64,000 bases of DNA from a virus. Its lineage: Duplodnaviria > Caudoviricetes. The stretch lies in the IMG/VR virus record IMGVR_UViG_3300028833_000073, positions 1 through 64,000 of that record. One strand, given 5' to 3'. Each line of letters begins with the position of its first letter. Position 1 is the first letter of the stretch. The notes below the pieces were generated by a model that saw only the letters and a program-made list of their open reading frames with translations, made no database searches and was not told where the DNA came from. Made by a program: the position numbers and the translations under genes. Positions 45,990 through 57,000 of this stretch are shown here, piece after piece.

Positions 45990-47684
45990 ATGAATAGTCT
46001 TAGACAAGACCCCAAAGCTATACATGAGACTGTAGTTCGAGATATAGTCGAAATAATAGCTGATGGTATTAAGCAACATAACGACTATGATGACTTTGTT
46101 ACCTTTGGTAAGTCTACTAGAAATAGAAGCTTTAGGTCAATTACTAAAGCATCATCTAATTTAATACTTACATTCCCTGTATTGATTAGTGATCAGGCTG
46201 ATTTAGAATCAGCAACTATGATTATGAAGTCCCATGAGAGAAAATGTGCTGCAATGATGCAGATGCTTTTTTCTGCTCTATCTGTGTCTACTGATAGTGA
46301 GAACGTCTATGAGTATCTACAGAAGTTTCATAAGAATCTAGACTTTGATTCTAATGATATGAATGTAGATAATTTCGTAGACTCTATGGATACTATTGCT
46401 GATAGAGTAGATGAAGCTGCTATTGAAGAGAATAGATTCTTTAAAGAGTGGGCTTATAAGCTCATTCAAGAAGATATGAAGAATCTAGGATATGAGCTTA
46501 AGAATAAGAAGTTAGAGTCTGTTGGAATCAATGAGTATAAAGTCTTTAGTAAGAGTGGTCCTGGTGGTACTGTTAAGATAATGAGACCTATTAATGAAGA
46601 TGCTTATGGGGATAGTAGATATTATGGAAATCTTCCTCCTAGTGATCAATTGAAATGGGATGCAATATATTCTAGTTATAAAGATGAGTATGGTGAAGCT
46701 ACTGCAAGAAGAGTTGCTGATACTGCTGCAGCAACAGGATTTTCTCAAGGAGCAATGGAAGATCTTGGTAGAGAGTTAGAAGATAAAGGTCATATGAAAG
46801 TAAGGACAAGAGATCTTATTGATAAATACAAGCAAAGAGGAGAAGAAATAGATAAGTTAAATAGAAGAGTTGATATAAAATCAAAAATTGCTAAACGTAA
46901 TCTTAGCGATGCTAGAAAATTTAGAAAAGGTCTTGGAGGAAAAGCTGGTGCACCAGAAAGACATTGGGCACAACAGTATTCCGATAGGATGCAAGGTATG
47001 GAGAAAGCACATTCAATGGCTGCTAATCCATTTGTGAAGACTGATGTACCTAAGGCTAATGAATTACTTCCTACTATGATGGTAATTCACTTCCATTCTT
47101 ATGCTTCTAATGAACCTGTAACTGCTGTTATAGGAATTAAAGCTAAGTTATATCCTATTCCTTCTCAAGAGATTGTAAATCGTCTTGTTATAAGGAATAA
47201 GGATAACCATGGATTCCATAATTTCCTTAGAGCAGCAACAAGAGAAATCTCTTTCTTAAAGGATTTTGTTTTTGCTGTAGATAAGGCTAAGATAGATGCT
47301 TTGTCTTCTTCTAAGAGAGGATCAGATAGTAAGATCTGGAAGCTATTAGAGAAGAGAGCTATTAAGAGTCGTATACGTAGGTCTATGGGTATGACTAATG
47401 ATGCTACTGCTATAACATCTTTAGTGGTTACTTCAGATGAAGTAGAGATACTTAAGAAGGAGTATAATGTAGATATCGAGAGGATACCTGTTATTAGACC
47501 TATCATGGATGCATATAACCTTATGGGTATTGCTATCATTAATCAGAACTTAGAATCAGTGAAGTTCTTATATGATGATGGTAGTAATAATTATGAAACT
47601 TATTCTTATAGATCTCTAGAACGTGAAACTGGAGATCAAAACTATAAGAAGATCGTTAATCTTATGACTAAAATGGTGAGGTGA
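45990..47684 (+). CDS. Probable head/core structural protein
   Basis: Long ORF after the late-promoter motif at 45953-45965; VDE-A, LE-S and INE-D motifs. Confidence 0.6.
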   Translation: MNSLRQDPKAIHETVVRDIVEIIADGIKQHNDYDDFVTFGKSTRNRSFRSITKASSNLILTFPVLISDQADLESATMIMKSHERKCAAMMQMLFSALSVSTDSENVYEYLQKFHKNLDFDSNDMNVDNFVDSMDTIADRVDEAAIEENRFFKEWAYKLIQEDMKNLGYELKNKKLESVGINEYKVFSKSGPGGTVKIMRPINEDAYGDSRYYGNLPPSDQLKWDAIYSSYKDEYGEATARRVADTAAATGFSQGAMEDLGRELEDKGHMKVRTRDLIDKYKQRGEEIDKLNRRVDIKSKIAKRNLSDARKFRKGLGGKAGAPERHWAQQYSDRMQGMEKAHSMAANPFVKTDVPKANELLPTMMVIHFHSYASNEPVTAVIGIKAKLYPIPSQEIVNRLVIRNKDNHGFHNFLRAATREISFLKDFVFAVDKAKIDALSSSKRGSDSKIWKLLEKRAIKSRIRRSMGMTNDATAITSLVVTSDEVEILKKEYNVDIERIPVIRPIMDAYNLMGIAIINQNLESVKFLYDDGSNNYETYSYRSLERETGDQNYKKIVNLMTKMVR

Positions 47685-47692
47685 ATAGTACA

Positions 47693-49438
47693 ATGGGAAT
47701 TTATAACCCTTCAATAGATAGTGAAGGTCTAAAGAGTGCTATTGAGAATGAGTTTGGAGTAACTGCTAGTAATCCTTTGTCTCCAGAGGCTAAAGCAGTT
47801 GCTAAGTGTTCTAAGTCATTCACTACTGGTAAGGCTATCCGTACTCTTAAGGAGAATGGATGGACTGATGCTATGATCAATAGCTTACTACTAGAAACTG
47901 CTAAGAAGAGTAAGAAAAAGAAAGATGATGAGAAAGATGAAGATACTTCTACTGATGATATTGATTCTATTGATCTCGATGACAGTGATTCTGATTCATC
48001 TGATTCTAAGTCTAAGTCTAAAGGATCCGATGATAGTGACAGTGATAAAGATTCTAGCAATTCTGATTCTGATGATGATGATAAGGATTTACATAAAGAT
48101 GTAGATGATGATAAGAAGTCTAAGAAGAGTAAGAAGAAAGACGACGATGATAAAGATGATGAAAAGGACGATGACGATAAGGATGAGGATGACAAGAAGT
48201 CGAAGAAAAAGAAAGGAAAGAAGAACTCTAAGAAGAAGGAAGATGATCTTGAAGAGCATGGTTCTATTTCTTCTAATTCTCCTCATACTTTTGATCCAAT
48301 CAAAGCCATAGAAGAAGAGTTTGATGCATACTTCAAAGTAGGAGTTAAGTCAGTACCTATTCCTAAACCTAGGGGATTCTTAGAGGCTACTAGACTTAGG
48401 GTAGATCCCTCATATGAGAGACCATTTAAGACTCCTGAGTTTAATAGAGCTGTAATGGAAAACCTAGATATGTCTGATCATAATACTAGAGTTATTATGA
48501 CTACAGTGGATGAAGATGATCAATCTATTGTGCTTCAGTCTTTGACTAATAAGCTATATGATATGATCGTTGATAAGTCTACTGATATTGACTATGGTGA
48601 AATTCCTAATACTAAGGGAGATATTGATGCTCTTTCTAACATTGCTAAGATTGAAGAGTGCTTAGATACTATCTCTAGTATCTGCACTCAGTATAAACAA
48701 CCTACTGATCAGGTAGATATTGTTAAGAGGGCTATTGATAATACAAGGGAAAGAAAAGAGCTATTTATGACTGGCTATCAGAGAGGTGCTGGATTCACTG
48801 TATTCACATATCAAACAGTGGTTCTTGCTATCGTAGCTAGTACATCTCTATTGATTTCTTCTTGTATTGAATTCATTAAGAATCCTGGAAGTGAGTCATT
48901 CTCTATTTCCTTTGACAAGGCTGGTATGAGTAAGTCTAAGAACAGCTTACTTTTCAACAATCTTAGGGAATATAATAAGATCTGTGATGATAAGAGTATT
49001 GATAAGGCTCTCACTACTACGAATGCTACGGAAGAGAGACATTTCTTAGGTACATCCACTATGGCTACACTAGCTCTTGCTGGTGCTGTGGCTGTTATCC
49101 TATTTAATATTCTTCCGATTCTAAGAGAGCTTACATACTTCTTCTACTATACTCGTACAAGGATTTCTGATTACTTCAATCTACAGGCAGATCTCTTAGA
49201 GATCAATGCTGAACGTCTTAAGCAAGATGAACCAGAAACTGTAGGTAATAGAAATATGGTTATTAAGAGACAGAAGGCTATTGCTGAGAGATTCAGAAAG
49301 CTAGCTGACTTCTTTATGATAGATAGTAGACAGACTGAGGGTAGGGTAGTAAGAGAGATATCTCAGACTAAGAAGACCCTCAAAGCAGATGATATCATGG
49401 ATAATGTTCCTGATAGTACAGCATCTGCTCTATTCTAA
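47693..49438 (+). CDS. Probable head/core protein with K/D-rich insert and a C-terminal hydrophobic segment
   Basis: MGIY start (SD GAGGTG); K/D/S tract between LLE-T and LEE-H; hydrophobic LALAGAVAVILFNILPIL. Confidence 0.6.
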   Translation: MGIYNPSIDSEGLKSAIENEFGVTASNPLSPEAKAVAKCSKSFTTGKAIRTLKENGWTDAMINSLLLETAKKSKKKKDDEKDEDTSTDDIDSIDLDDSDSDSSDSKSKSKGSDDSDSDKDSSNSDSDDDDKDLHKDVDDDKKSKKSKKKDDDDKDDEKDDDDKDEDDKKSKKKKGKKNSKKKEDDLEEHGSISSNSPHTFDPIKAIEEEFDAYFKVGVKSVPIPKPRGFLEATRLRVDPSYERPFKTPEFNRAVMENLDMSDHNTRVIMTTVDEDDQSIVLQSLTNKLYDMIVDKSTDIDYGEIPNTKGDIDALSNIAKIEECLDTISSICTQYKQPTDQVDIVKRAIDNTRERKELFMTGYQRGAGFTVFTYQTVVLAIVASTSLLISSCIEFIKNPGSESFSISFDKAGMSKSKNSLLFNNLREYNKICDDKSIDKALTTTNATEERHFLGTSTMATLALAGAVAVILFNILPILRELTYFFYYTRTRISDYFNLQADLLEINAERLKQDEPETVGNRNMVIKRQKAIAERFRKLADFFMIDSRQTEGRVVREISQTKKTLKADDIMDNVPDSTASALF

Positions 49439-49456
49439 TTAGGAGGTATATATCTT

Positions 49457-50656
49457 ATGCCTAGATTATTAACCGATAAAGAATTCACACAGAAGCTATT
49501 GAAACAACAAGCTCTACGTGAAGAGAATGAAAGAATCCAAGCTAAGCTTGATAAGAAGAATAAACAGAGAGCTTTAAGAGAATCTTATGATGCTTCTAAA
49601 GAATTTAACCGTAAAGGAATTATTCAGGAGCAGAATAGTAAAGCTTATAGTAACTTCAAGAGAAGTATTAAAGAAGCTTTACTTACAGAAGCAATCATGT
49701 TCTCTTATAGTCAAAGTATTCCTCCAATGATGGTTGAGGAAACCTATAAGAGAGGTATTGATCCTCAGAATCTTCAAAGAGGATTTGTACAGGATTTCAT
49801 TAAAGAGAATGGTGGAGTCTCTAAGCTACTCACTAGGTTTAGCTATAAGAATGATGTTCTTTCTGAGTATGCTAGACTTATTAACGAGACAGCTAAGGAT
49901 ATTGCTGAGAATAATGATAAGAATGATCCTTCTTCATTCGGTATTCCTACTAACGCTAAGGAAACATTCTATTCTGGTTTAGCTCAGGCTACTCCTGAAG
50001 AAGTTATTGATACTATCAAGAGCAGAGTAGCTGATAGTATTAGTGGTTTCTTAGATGAGAACCGTAATATGAAAAATGCTATCACTGATATCATTAGTAA
50101 TAACCAGGCTAAGGCTGAAGTAGATAATGATCAGCTTAAAGAACAATACCATGGTAAGACTGATGAAGAGATTGAAGCTATTAAAGAACAGCGTCTTCAG
50201 AAGATCAATGTAAAGACTAATAAACTGATTAGAGAAGCTAGAGAGAAGTATAGTAGGTCTGTACTAGGAGAGATGGTAAAGACTCTTGGTAAGAGTGTAA
50301 TGAAGGATCAAGTCATTAGAGAGTCATTCTTCACTGAAGGTACTCTTAATGTAGATGCTCTTGTAGAGACAGCAGTAATGATGTATGGTCTACTAGAGAC
50401 AGTCAATGCTCTACAGATTGTCAATGTAGATGAAGCATATATTCAAAAGGTACTAGAAGATATGAGTCAACCTAGTACTCCTGCATCTAAGAGTGAACAA
50501 TATAAGAGTGAAACTCCTAAGGAAACATCTGATCCTACTAAGACATCTCCTTCAAGTAGTTCATCATCTAGTTCATCTCCTTCAAGTACTACTCCATCTT
50601 CTAGTTCATCTTCATCTAGCTCTAGTAGTTCTACTGGTATGTGTTCTAAGAAGTAA
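49457..50656 (+). CDS. Probable head/scaffold-like protein with Ser-rich tail
   Basis: Helical; LRE-S, LTE-A, INE-T and IRE-S motifs; followed by the terminator at 50664-50685. Confidence 0.6.
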   Translation: MPRLLTDKEFTQKLLKQQALREENERIQAKLDKKNKQRALRESYDASKEFNRKGIIQEQNSKAYSNFKRSIKEALLTEAIMFSYSQSIPPMMVEETYKRGIDPQNLQRGFVQDFIKENGGVSKLLTRFSYKNDVLSEYARLINETAKDIAENNDKNDPSSFGIPTNAKETFYSGLAQATPEEVIDTIKSRVADSISGFLDENRNMKNAITDIISNNQAKAEVDNDQLKEQYHGKTDEEIEAIKEQRLQKINVKTNKLIREAREKYSRSVLGEMVKTLGKSVMKDQVIRESFFTEGTLNVDALVETAVMMYGLLETVNALQIVNVDEAYIQKVLEDMSQPSTPASKSEQYKSETPKETSDPTKTSPSSSSSSSSSPSSTTPSSSSSSSSSSSSTGMCSKK

Positions 50657-50695
50657 TAAAGATAGAGGTACCTTATGGTACCTCTTTTTCTTTTT

Positions 50696-51082
50696 TCATA
50701 GATTGATAATTGCCATATCATCTATCTGACCTATACTAAGATATAGATGAGATGGGTTTTCAAAGATGTCATTCTTAAAATCCCATATACTGTTTGGCAA
50801 GTTATTAGTATTGATGATCTTAGCAATCTCTTCTTCTATAGAGTATTGTCCAGATACTATATTTATCAGAGCATTTTCAAAAGCCCTGTATAGATTCAAG
50901 AGATTACTATTCTTTTCACATCTTACGATTATAGCAAGTGGTTGTTCTTGAAAGAATGGATCTCTATATCCAATACATTCATTTATACAATGTAGAATAT
51001 AATCTCGATGATTCTTATCATTATATATATTGTCATACAACCATGTTCTAAGATAATGAATATATGGTGTATATACTGTCAT
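50696..51082 (-). CDS. Hypothetical protein
   Basis: 128-aa ORF with ATGA overlap to the resolvase gene. Confidence 0.65.
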   Translation of the reverse strand: MTVYTPYIHYLRTWLYDNIYNDKNHRDYILHCINECIGYRDPFFQEQPLAIIVRCEKNSNLLNLYRAFENALINIVSGQYSIEEEIAKIINTNNLPNSIWDFKNDIFENPSHLYLSIGQIDDMAIINL

Positions 51083-51813
51083 ACATTTACATCTCCTTGA
51101 ATCACATTTCCTTTGTTGTCATAGTAAGCAATAGGTTTATCTAGTCGCTTACTCATCTTCATGTACTGATTCCTATGATATAGTGCATTAAGGAATTTAA
51201 GAGTTATCTCCACTCTAGGTAGTATAGAGTAATACTTTCCTACTCTTCCTTCTATAACACACTCATCATCAATCCATACATTTCCGTTATACATATCACT
51301 ATACTTCTTACCTATGTTATCCCAATCAGGTTTTGCTATAGGTCTAATAAGACCTATCTCTGCTAAGAACTTATCTGTCGTATTAAAGTAAGATGGTGTC
51401 TTAAGGAATGCATAGTAGTCTACATCACATGCTGTATAGATAATAGATTCTAACTGATACAGTTCTTCTGTTGATACTAGTCTCTTCATATAGTTTCTAT
51501 CTTGAGCACCAGTAATAGAATATACGTGAACAAAGAAGCTATTGCTTACTGCTTCTTGTAATAAACTATGTCTATTTACTAATCTGAATCTAGGTCTAGG
51601 AGATCCTTCTGGTTCTTCGTATAGAATTATTCTATAGATAGAGTAGTACATATTAGATATCATATTGTCTTTCTTGCTTAGTATTTCTTTATATTTGGAT
51701 TCCTTTATAATGAATCTATCACACATCCAATTTAGTCTCTCATAGAAGTCTCTAGGAATATCTGAGTACTTAGCTTCATATTCTTCTGCTTTCTTTTTTC
51801 TGTTTTTCATCAT
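51079..51813 (-). CDS. rusA: RusA-like Holliday junction resolvase
   Basis: PRPR, KPDWDNIGKKYSD, VWIDD, PRVEITL. Confidence 0.8.
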   Translation of the reverse strand: MMKNRKKKAEEYEAKYSDIPRDFYERLNWMCDRFIIKESKYKEILSKKDNMISNMYYSIYRIILYEEPEGSPRPRFRLVNRHSLLQEAVSNSFFVHVYSITGAQDRNYMKRLVSTEELYQLESIIYTACDVDYYAFLKTPSYFNTTDKFLAEIGLIRPIAKPDWDNIGKKYSDMYNGNVWIDDECVIEGRVGKYYSILPRVEITLKFLNALYHRNQYMKMSKRLDKPIAYYDNKGNVIQGDVNV

Positions 51814-51864
51814 TATCACTCATTATCTATTATTTTATATAAGTGTGGCTATATATGTAAAATT

Positions 51865-53952
51865 CTAATGTCGCCACATTCCAGTTAAGACATTGGTTGC
51901 CCACTGGTCTATAGTATTCAAAGTCTGATTAATTACATTACTAGCCATATTAGTCTTAATATAGTACCAGGTAGTTATCATACGTCCTAAATCTGGTTCA
52001 TTTATATTAACGCCACACATGTTAGCTACATAGTCTAAGAGTCCTATATTAGACAAGATCTCAAATTCATTAGCACCTTCCTGAGTGACAGATAGAATCG
52101 AGTATAGATCCTTTATATCTAAGGAAATATCTACTGAACAGGCTAAACCATCTAGTGTCCAGTCACCTGCACCAGCACCTCTGGTTATATTAATACCAGT
52201 AACTAGTCCCATCTGACAATTAAAGAATCCTTTATAAAAAGCTCTTACTAAGAATGGAGCTATATATCCATTAGGACCAGATTGTTTAGGTAATACATAT
52301 GGAAGTAGATGTGCTATAGGAACCCATATAGTCCAAAACCAAGATAATGGATCTGGGTTAGGGCACCTAAGTTTTATATTGATTTGATATGATTTAGAGA
52401 AGAGTGAATCAGACCATATCTCTGGGAAGATAAGCTTACCACCTTGTACTACAGTAGCTAAGTTACCAGCTATCTTACTTAAGAAACTTCCTGATCCTAG
52501 TGCATCTTCTACCCATTTTTGGGCATTTTCTGCATTCATTTGAGCATTTTGTGGTATATTAGATAACGTATTGGTCGTTTTAGATCCAGTCATAGCTCCA
52601 GCAGAACCTAATAAGAACTGTATCTCTTTAGCAATATCCGACATACCATTTACTTTATCAGCTATAGAAGACCTCATAGTTTGATTAGACATATTGTCTG
52701 TTACCTGAGTATCGCTATTAATATAGAATGCAGCAGAATGTCTATAATTAAACTTCTTAGCTATTTCATCATTACCAAATTTCTCATATCTACCTTGAGC
52801 TAAAGTAGTATCATCAGTACCAGGAAAAAGATCTCCACCTATACCGAGGAATATAGCTGCATGACGACATAATGGATTTAGATACTTAGCATACTCATCC
52901 CATCTCTCTTCAAAGACATAGTATCTACCATTCTTTGTTAATACTTGATCTAGACTTCCACCGCCACCCATAGAAGATATAAAATTTTGCCAGAAATCTT
53001 TAACATCTTCTTCCTTCCATCCTGCTAAGAACTTAGGTTCTCCAGGACACATTATCATTAATGGCATTCTAGATACTACCCTATCAGCAAATATTCTTCC
53101 TAGTTTACTATCACCTTTCACCGGTCTATCTACAATATCCATAAACTGATATGGCATACCATGAATACCAAAAGTATCCTTAATTTGTAGATTAAGATTA
53201 GATGTGGAAGGTGAGTGACCTATAGCGTTTCCTTCAGCTCCATAGTAATTACCTACAGCCTCTTGAGCTTGATTCTCATCCATTGGTTTAGCTGCTTGAC
53301 CATGTTCATCTAACCTAGATGTAGATATCACCTTTCCATTACCATCAGTCTTAACAACCTTCTTTATCTTTTCACCATTTGCCATAACTTCTTTAGATTC
53401 TGTAATAGTCATATCTGGACTTTTCTCTGTTATAACTTTATTACCATTATCATCGTACTTCTCTGTCTTCTGATACTTTATTGAACCAGATGTATCATAA
53501 CGATACTGCTCAGTTATATCTCTATTCTTGCTATCTTGATAAGAGATCATCTTATTATATTCACCATTGCCTTTATTCTGGGTAGTAACATGCTTACGAG
53601 TACCATTAGCATCTGTATATGAGTAGCTATTCTCTTGACCTTCTTCAGGATAATCTTGTGAGTAGTCCTCTGAAGTTCTTTCTTCTTCTCCTTCATATGC
53701 TATGAATCTATCTACTACACTCATATCTTCTCTACTATGTCTTCTAGCTATTACATTAGCATCATTAGTAAACATCATCTTGCCGTCACTATCAAGAGTA
53801 TATACATATCCCTTAGATAGTTCCATCCAATTATCCTTTATATTCTTGCAAGAAACATAGTCTCCTTCCTTAACTATATTGATATTCTTTCCATGAACAC
53901 TAGGTTCATCTTTAACCCATATCGGATAACGTCCGATGTAATAATACATCAT
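51865..53952 (-). CDS. Tail/baseplate protein with N-terminal SH3b-like domain
   Basis: WVKDEPSVHGKNINIVKEGD..NWMELSKGYVY (SH3b-like); C-terminal FPEIWSDS..APFLVRA..G.VT.I.I.RG beta domain; directly follows the giant tail gene. Confidence 0.6.
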   Translation of the reverse strand: MMYYYIGRYPIWVKDEPSVHGKNINIVKEGDYVSCKNIKDNWMELSKGYVYTLDSDGKMMFTNDANVIARRHSREDMSVVDRFIAYEGEEERTSEDYSQDYPEEGQENSYSYTDANGTRKHVTTQNKGNGEYNKMISYQDSKNRDITEQYRYDTSGSIKYQKTEKYDDNGNKVITEKSPDMTITESKEVMANGEKIKKVVKTDGNGKVISTSRLDEHGQAAKPMDENQAQEAVGNYYGAEGNAIGHSPSTSNLNLQIKDTFGIHGMPYQFMDIVDRPVKGDSKLGRIFADRVVSRMPLMIMCPGEPKFLAGWKEEDVKDFWQNFISSMGGGGSLDQVLTKNGRYYVFEERWDEYAKYLNPLCRHAAIFLGIGGDLFPGTDDTTLAQGRYEKFGNDEIAKKFNYRHSAAFYINSDTQVTDNMSNQTMRSSIADKVNGMSDIAKEIQFLLGSAGAMTGSKTTNTLSNIPQNAQMNAENAQKWVEDALGSGSFLSKIAGNLATVVQGGKLIFPEIWSDSLFSKSYQINIKLRCPNPDPLSWFWTIWVPIAHLLPYVLPKQSGPNGYIAPFLVRAFYKGFFNCQMGLVTGINITRGAGAGDWTLDGLACSVDISLDIKDLYSILSVTQEGANEFEILSNIGLLDYVANMCGVNINEPDLGRMITTWYYIKTNMASNVINQTLNTIDQWATNVLTGMWRH

Positions 53953-54011
53953 ATTTAACACCTGCCTTATCAAAAAGTTTAGGGAGTGCAAAATTGCACT
54001 CCCCATTGACT

Positions 54012-57000
54012 TTATCTAGATGCGACATTAAACAACGCAGCGGCCATCGCTTGTAAAGCATCAATATTAGCAGTCTCGTCTCCTCTATCTCTAGCACTTT
54101 TATTATTCGTTATCATGCTTATATTATTTCCTCCACGTACATTCACAGTATTATTGACAGTATTGTTCAAGTTACCACCAGTAAGAGCATTAGCTATAAT
54201 CTTCAAGTAATTTACACCTTCACGTAAGAGGCTTACTGCTTCTTCTTGACTTACAGCACCAGTAGGAGGAGAATCAATATTATCCTTAGCATTCTTTAAC
54301 TGAGTCTGATTAACAGTATCCATCTGAGTGATAGTTTCTTCAGTTTGCTTCTTGATATCTTCTAAAGTATCTTCCTTTTCAATATCTTTTACCTTAGCTC
54401 TATCTTCTTCTTGTTGTCTAATAATTGTAGGAATATTATCTTTCTTTTCAGGTTGTTCCTTCTTAAGATTCTCTAGCTGTTCTAGCTGATTAACTTGTTT
54501 ATTCTTCTTAAGATCACCACTAAATCCACCACCGACAGTATAGTCTGGTAGCTTATTCGTATCTATAGTAGGCTTAGATTCCTTCTTATTCTCTTCAATC
54601 CATTTCTTCTGAGTCTCTAGTTTCTTTTTCTTAACCTCATCATTATCATCCTTAGTAATTAGAGCTTCTTTAGGACCTTTGTATGCTTTAATATTACCTA
54701 GCTCATCTAGTTCATTCTCATTCTTTACTATTCCACTCTCTACACCAAAGTTCTTGAATAGATTATTTACCTCATCTTGTATCTTCTTAAGCAGAGCGTT
54801 GAATGCATCAATAGGATTCTTATTCTTCTTATCTTCCTTCTTACAATACTTATCCATCTTAGACAATGTAGCTATTGCTGATTCTCTTGTCTCTCCCTTA
54901 TCCATAAGAGCTAGTATTTCTTTCTCTTCATAGTGCTTTCCATTAGGAGCTACCTCAGGTGCTAAACCTTTTTCCTTCAACTTAACTGCATCTTCTACTT
55001 CTCCTTCAATCTTGTTGTTAGGTTGCTTCACATTCTCTTTAGTCTTATCTTCTTCAAAGGGATCTACACCACCAGTTGTCCAACGATCAACCGGTAACAT
55101 ACCGCCCTTCTTCCATAGCTCTGCATCTACTACAAAGTGTGCCCATGTTCTATTTAATCCAAATTCTCTATATCCAAGTGCTTGTTGTGTAGCCTGATTA
55201 AGTACAGTATCATCTGTAGGAATACCATTAAACCCAACTGCTTTAGCAACTTCATCAAGAGTAGCTGCTCCCTTAATATAAAGCCTTGCTGTAGGACTAG
55301 CTTTACTAGCATCATTGAAGTATTCTCCACCTTTAAAGGTATCTATCTTAGCTTGAGTAATATCTCCAACTTTAGTATCTCTCTTCATACTATCTTCGAT
55401 AAATGCATTAGCCTTCCAATCAACCTTCTTAGTCTCTTCCTTAAATGGATTCGTTCTTATCTTCTCATCTCTAGTAGGTACATGAATCTCTTCTTTCTTT
55501 GTAGACTCTTCTACTTTACTCTTAGCAGGTTCTGGCTTAGGAATAGGTTTCTCTGGAATATCTTGTGCCTTCTCAATAGGCTTCTTAAGTTCTTCAAATG
55601 GATCTACACCACCAGTTAACCAACGATCAACTGGTAACATACCACCTTTCTTCCATAGCTCTGCATCCACTACAAAATGTGCCCATGTTCTAACAGGACT
55701 ATATTCTCTATATCCAAGTGCTTGCTGTACAGACTGATTAAGCTTAGTACTATCTGAAGGAATACCACTAAATCCAACTGCTTTAGCAACTTCATCAAGA
55801 GTAGCTGCTCCCTTAATATACAATCTTGATGTAGAACTAACTTTACTAGCATCATTATAATACTCTCCGCCTTTAAACTTTTCTGCCTTAGCCTGAGTAA
55901 TTCCTAATAGTGAAGTATCTCTAGAAGCATTGTCCTTAATAAATGCATTAGCTTTCCAATCAACTTTATTAGATTCTTCCTTAAATGGATTAGTTCTTAT
56001 CTTCTCATCTCTTGTAGGTACATGAACATCTTTAAAGGTATCATGAGCTGTTTCTATCATTTTCGGCTTTGGTTCTTCTATCTTCTTCTTTTCCTCTTCT
56101 ACTACCTTAACTCTTTCTTGTACTTGTTTACCTCTCTTTTGCATTAGTCTTTCTTGTAGTGATCTTCTATCTTCTTCTTTAGGTTTCTCAATAGATGGAG
56201 TCTCTGGTTTAGGAATAGGTTTCTCTTGAATATCTTGTGGTTTCTCAATAGGTTTCTTATCTTCTTTTATCTTAGCTCTTTCTTGTACTTGTTTAGCTCT
56301 CTCTTGTAACATCTCTTGTTGTGGGCTAGGTTTACCCTGTTGTGGTTTAGCTTCAGGAGTAATAGGCTTATCACCCATATTAGGATTAAATCCACTCTTA
56401 TTTCTATACCATTCATCAAAAGATTCTTGAGACTTAGGTAATGCCATGAATTTATCATAAGGAACACTATATGTCATAGTACCATCAGAACTACGAATAC
56501 TTACTTTCTCTATATCAGCATTAGCACCAACTGAAGCTATAATTTGATTAATCTGATCAATATAAGCACTAGGATCATTAGTCTCAGGATAAGCTACAAA
56601 CATTCTTCCTTCTTTGTGTCCAGTTCTTGACTGTCTTATAGCTTTCATTCCAGCTTTAGTAATATCTGCACTTATCTTTCCAATACCACTTGCTGACCAA
56701 TCTGACAAGTTATGAATATTAACATTTACACCCTTAGAACCTTTACCATATTTAGTCTTACCACTACCTTCTCCTTGAAGAGCTTGTGCTTCTTCTAGAG
56801 CTTGCTGAGGAGTTATTTCTCCTGAAGCAATTCTGTCATTGAGAGCTTTTGCTCTTTCAAAAGGAAGTTGTGCTAGTGATATAATATCGAAATATCCAGC
56901 AAAATCTAAAATATTAGCCAATGCAGGGAAGTTTTCAGTAATATAATTTGAAGCTTTCTCATATGCTTCATTTCCAAGAACTGTTTTTCCTAACCATTTA

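Noticed and set aside
47701-48311. Antisense and alternate-frame ORFs (e.g. 47701..48195-, 23785..24342-, 15700..16161-, 35636..36091+, 55182..55619+)
   Set aside because: Shadows of long real genes: S/L/F-rich, no SD and no motifs.
50545-50635. Ser-rich tail as a functional DNA repeat
   Set aside because: Only a short imperfect duplication encoding a low-complexity C-terminus.
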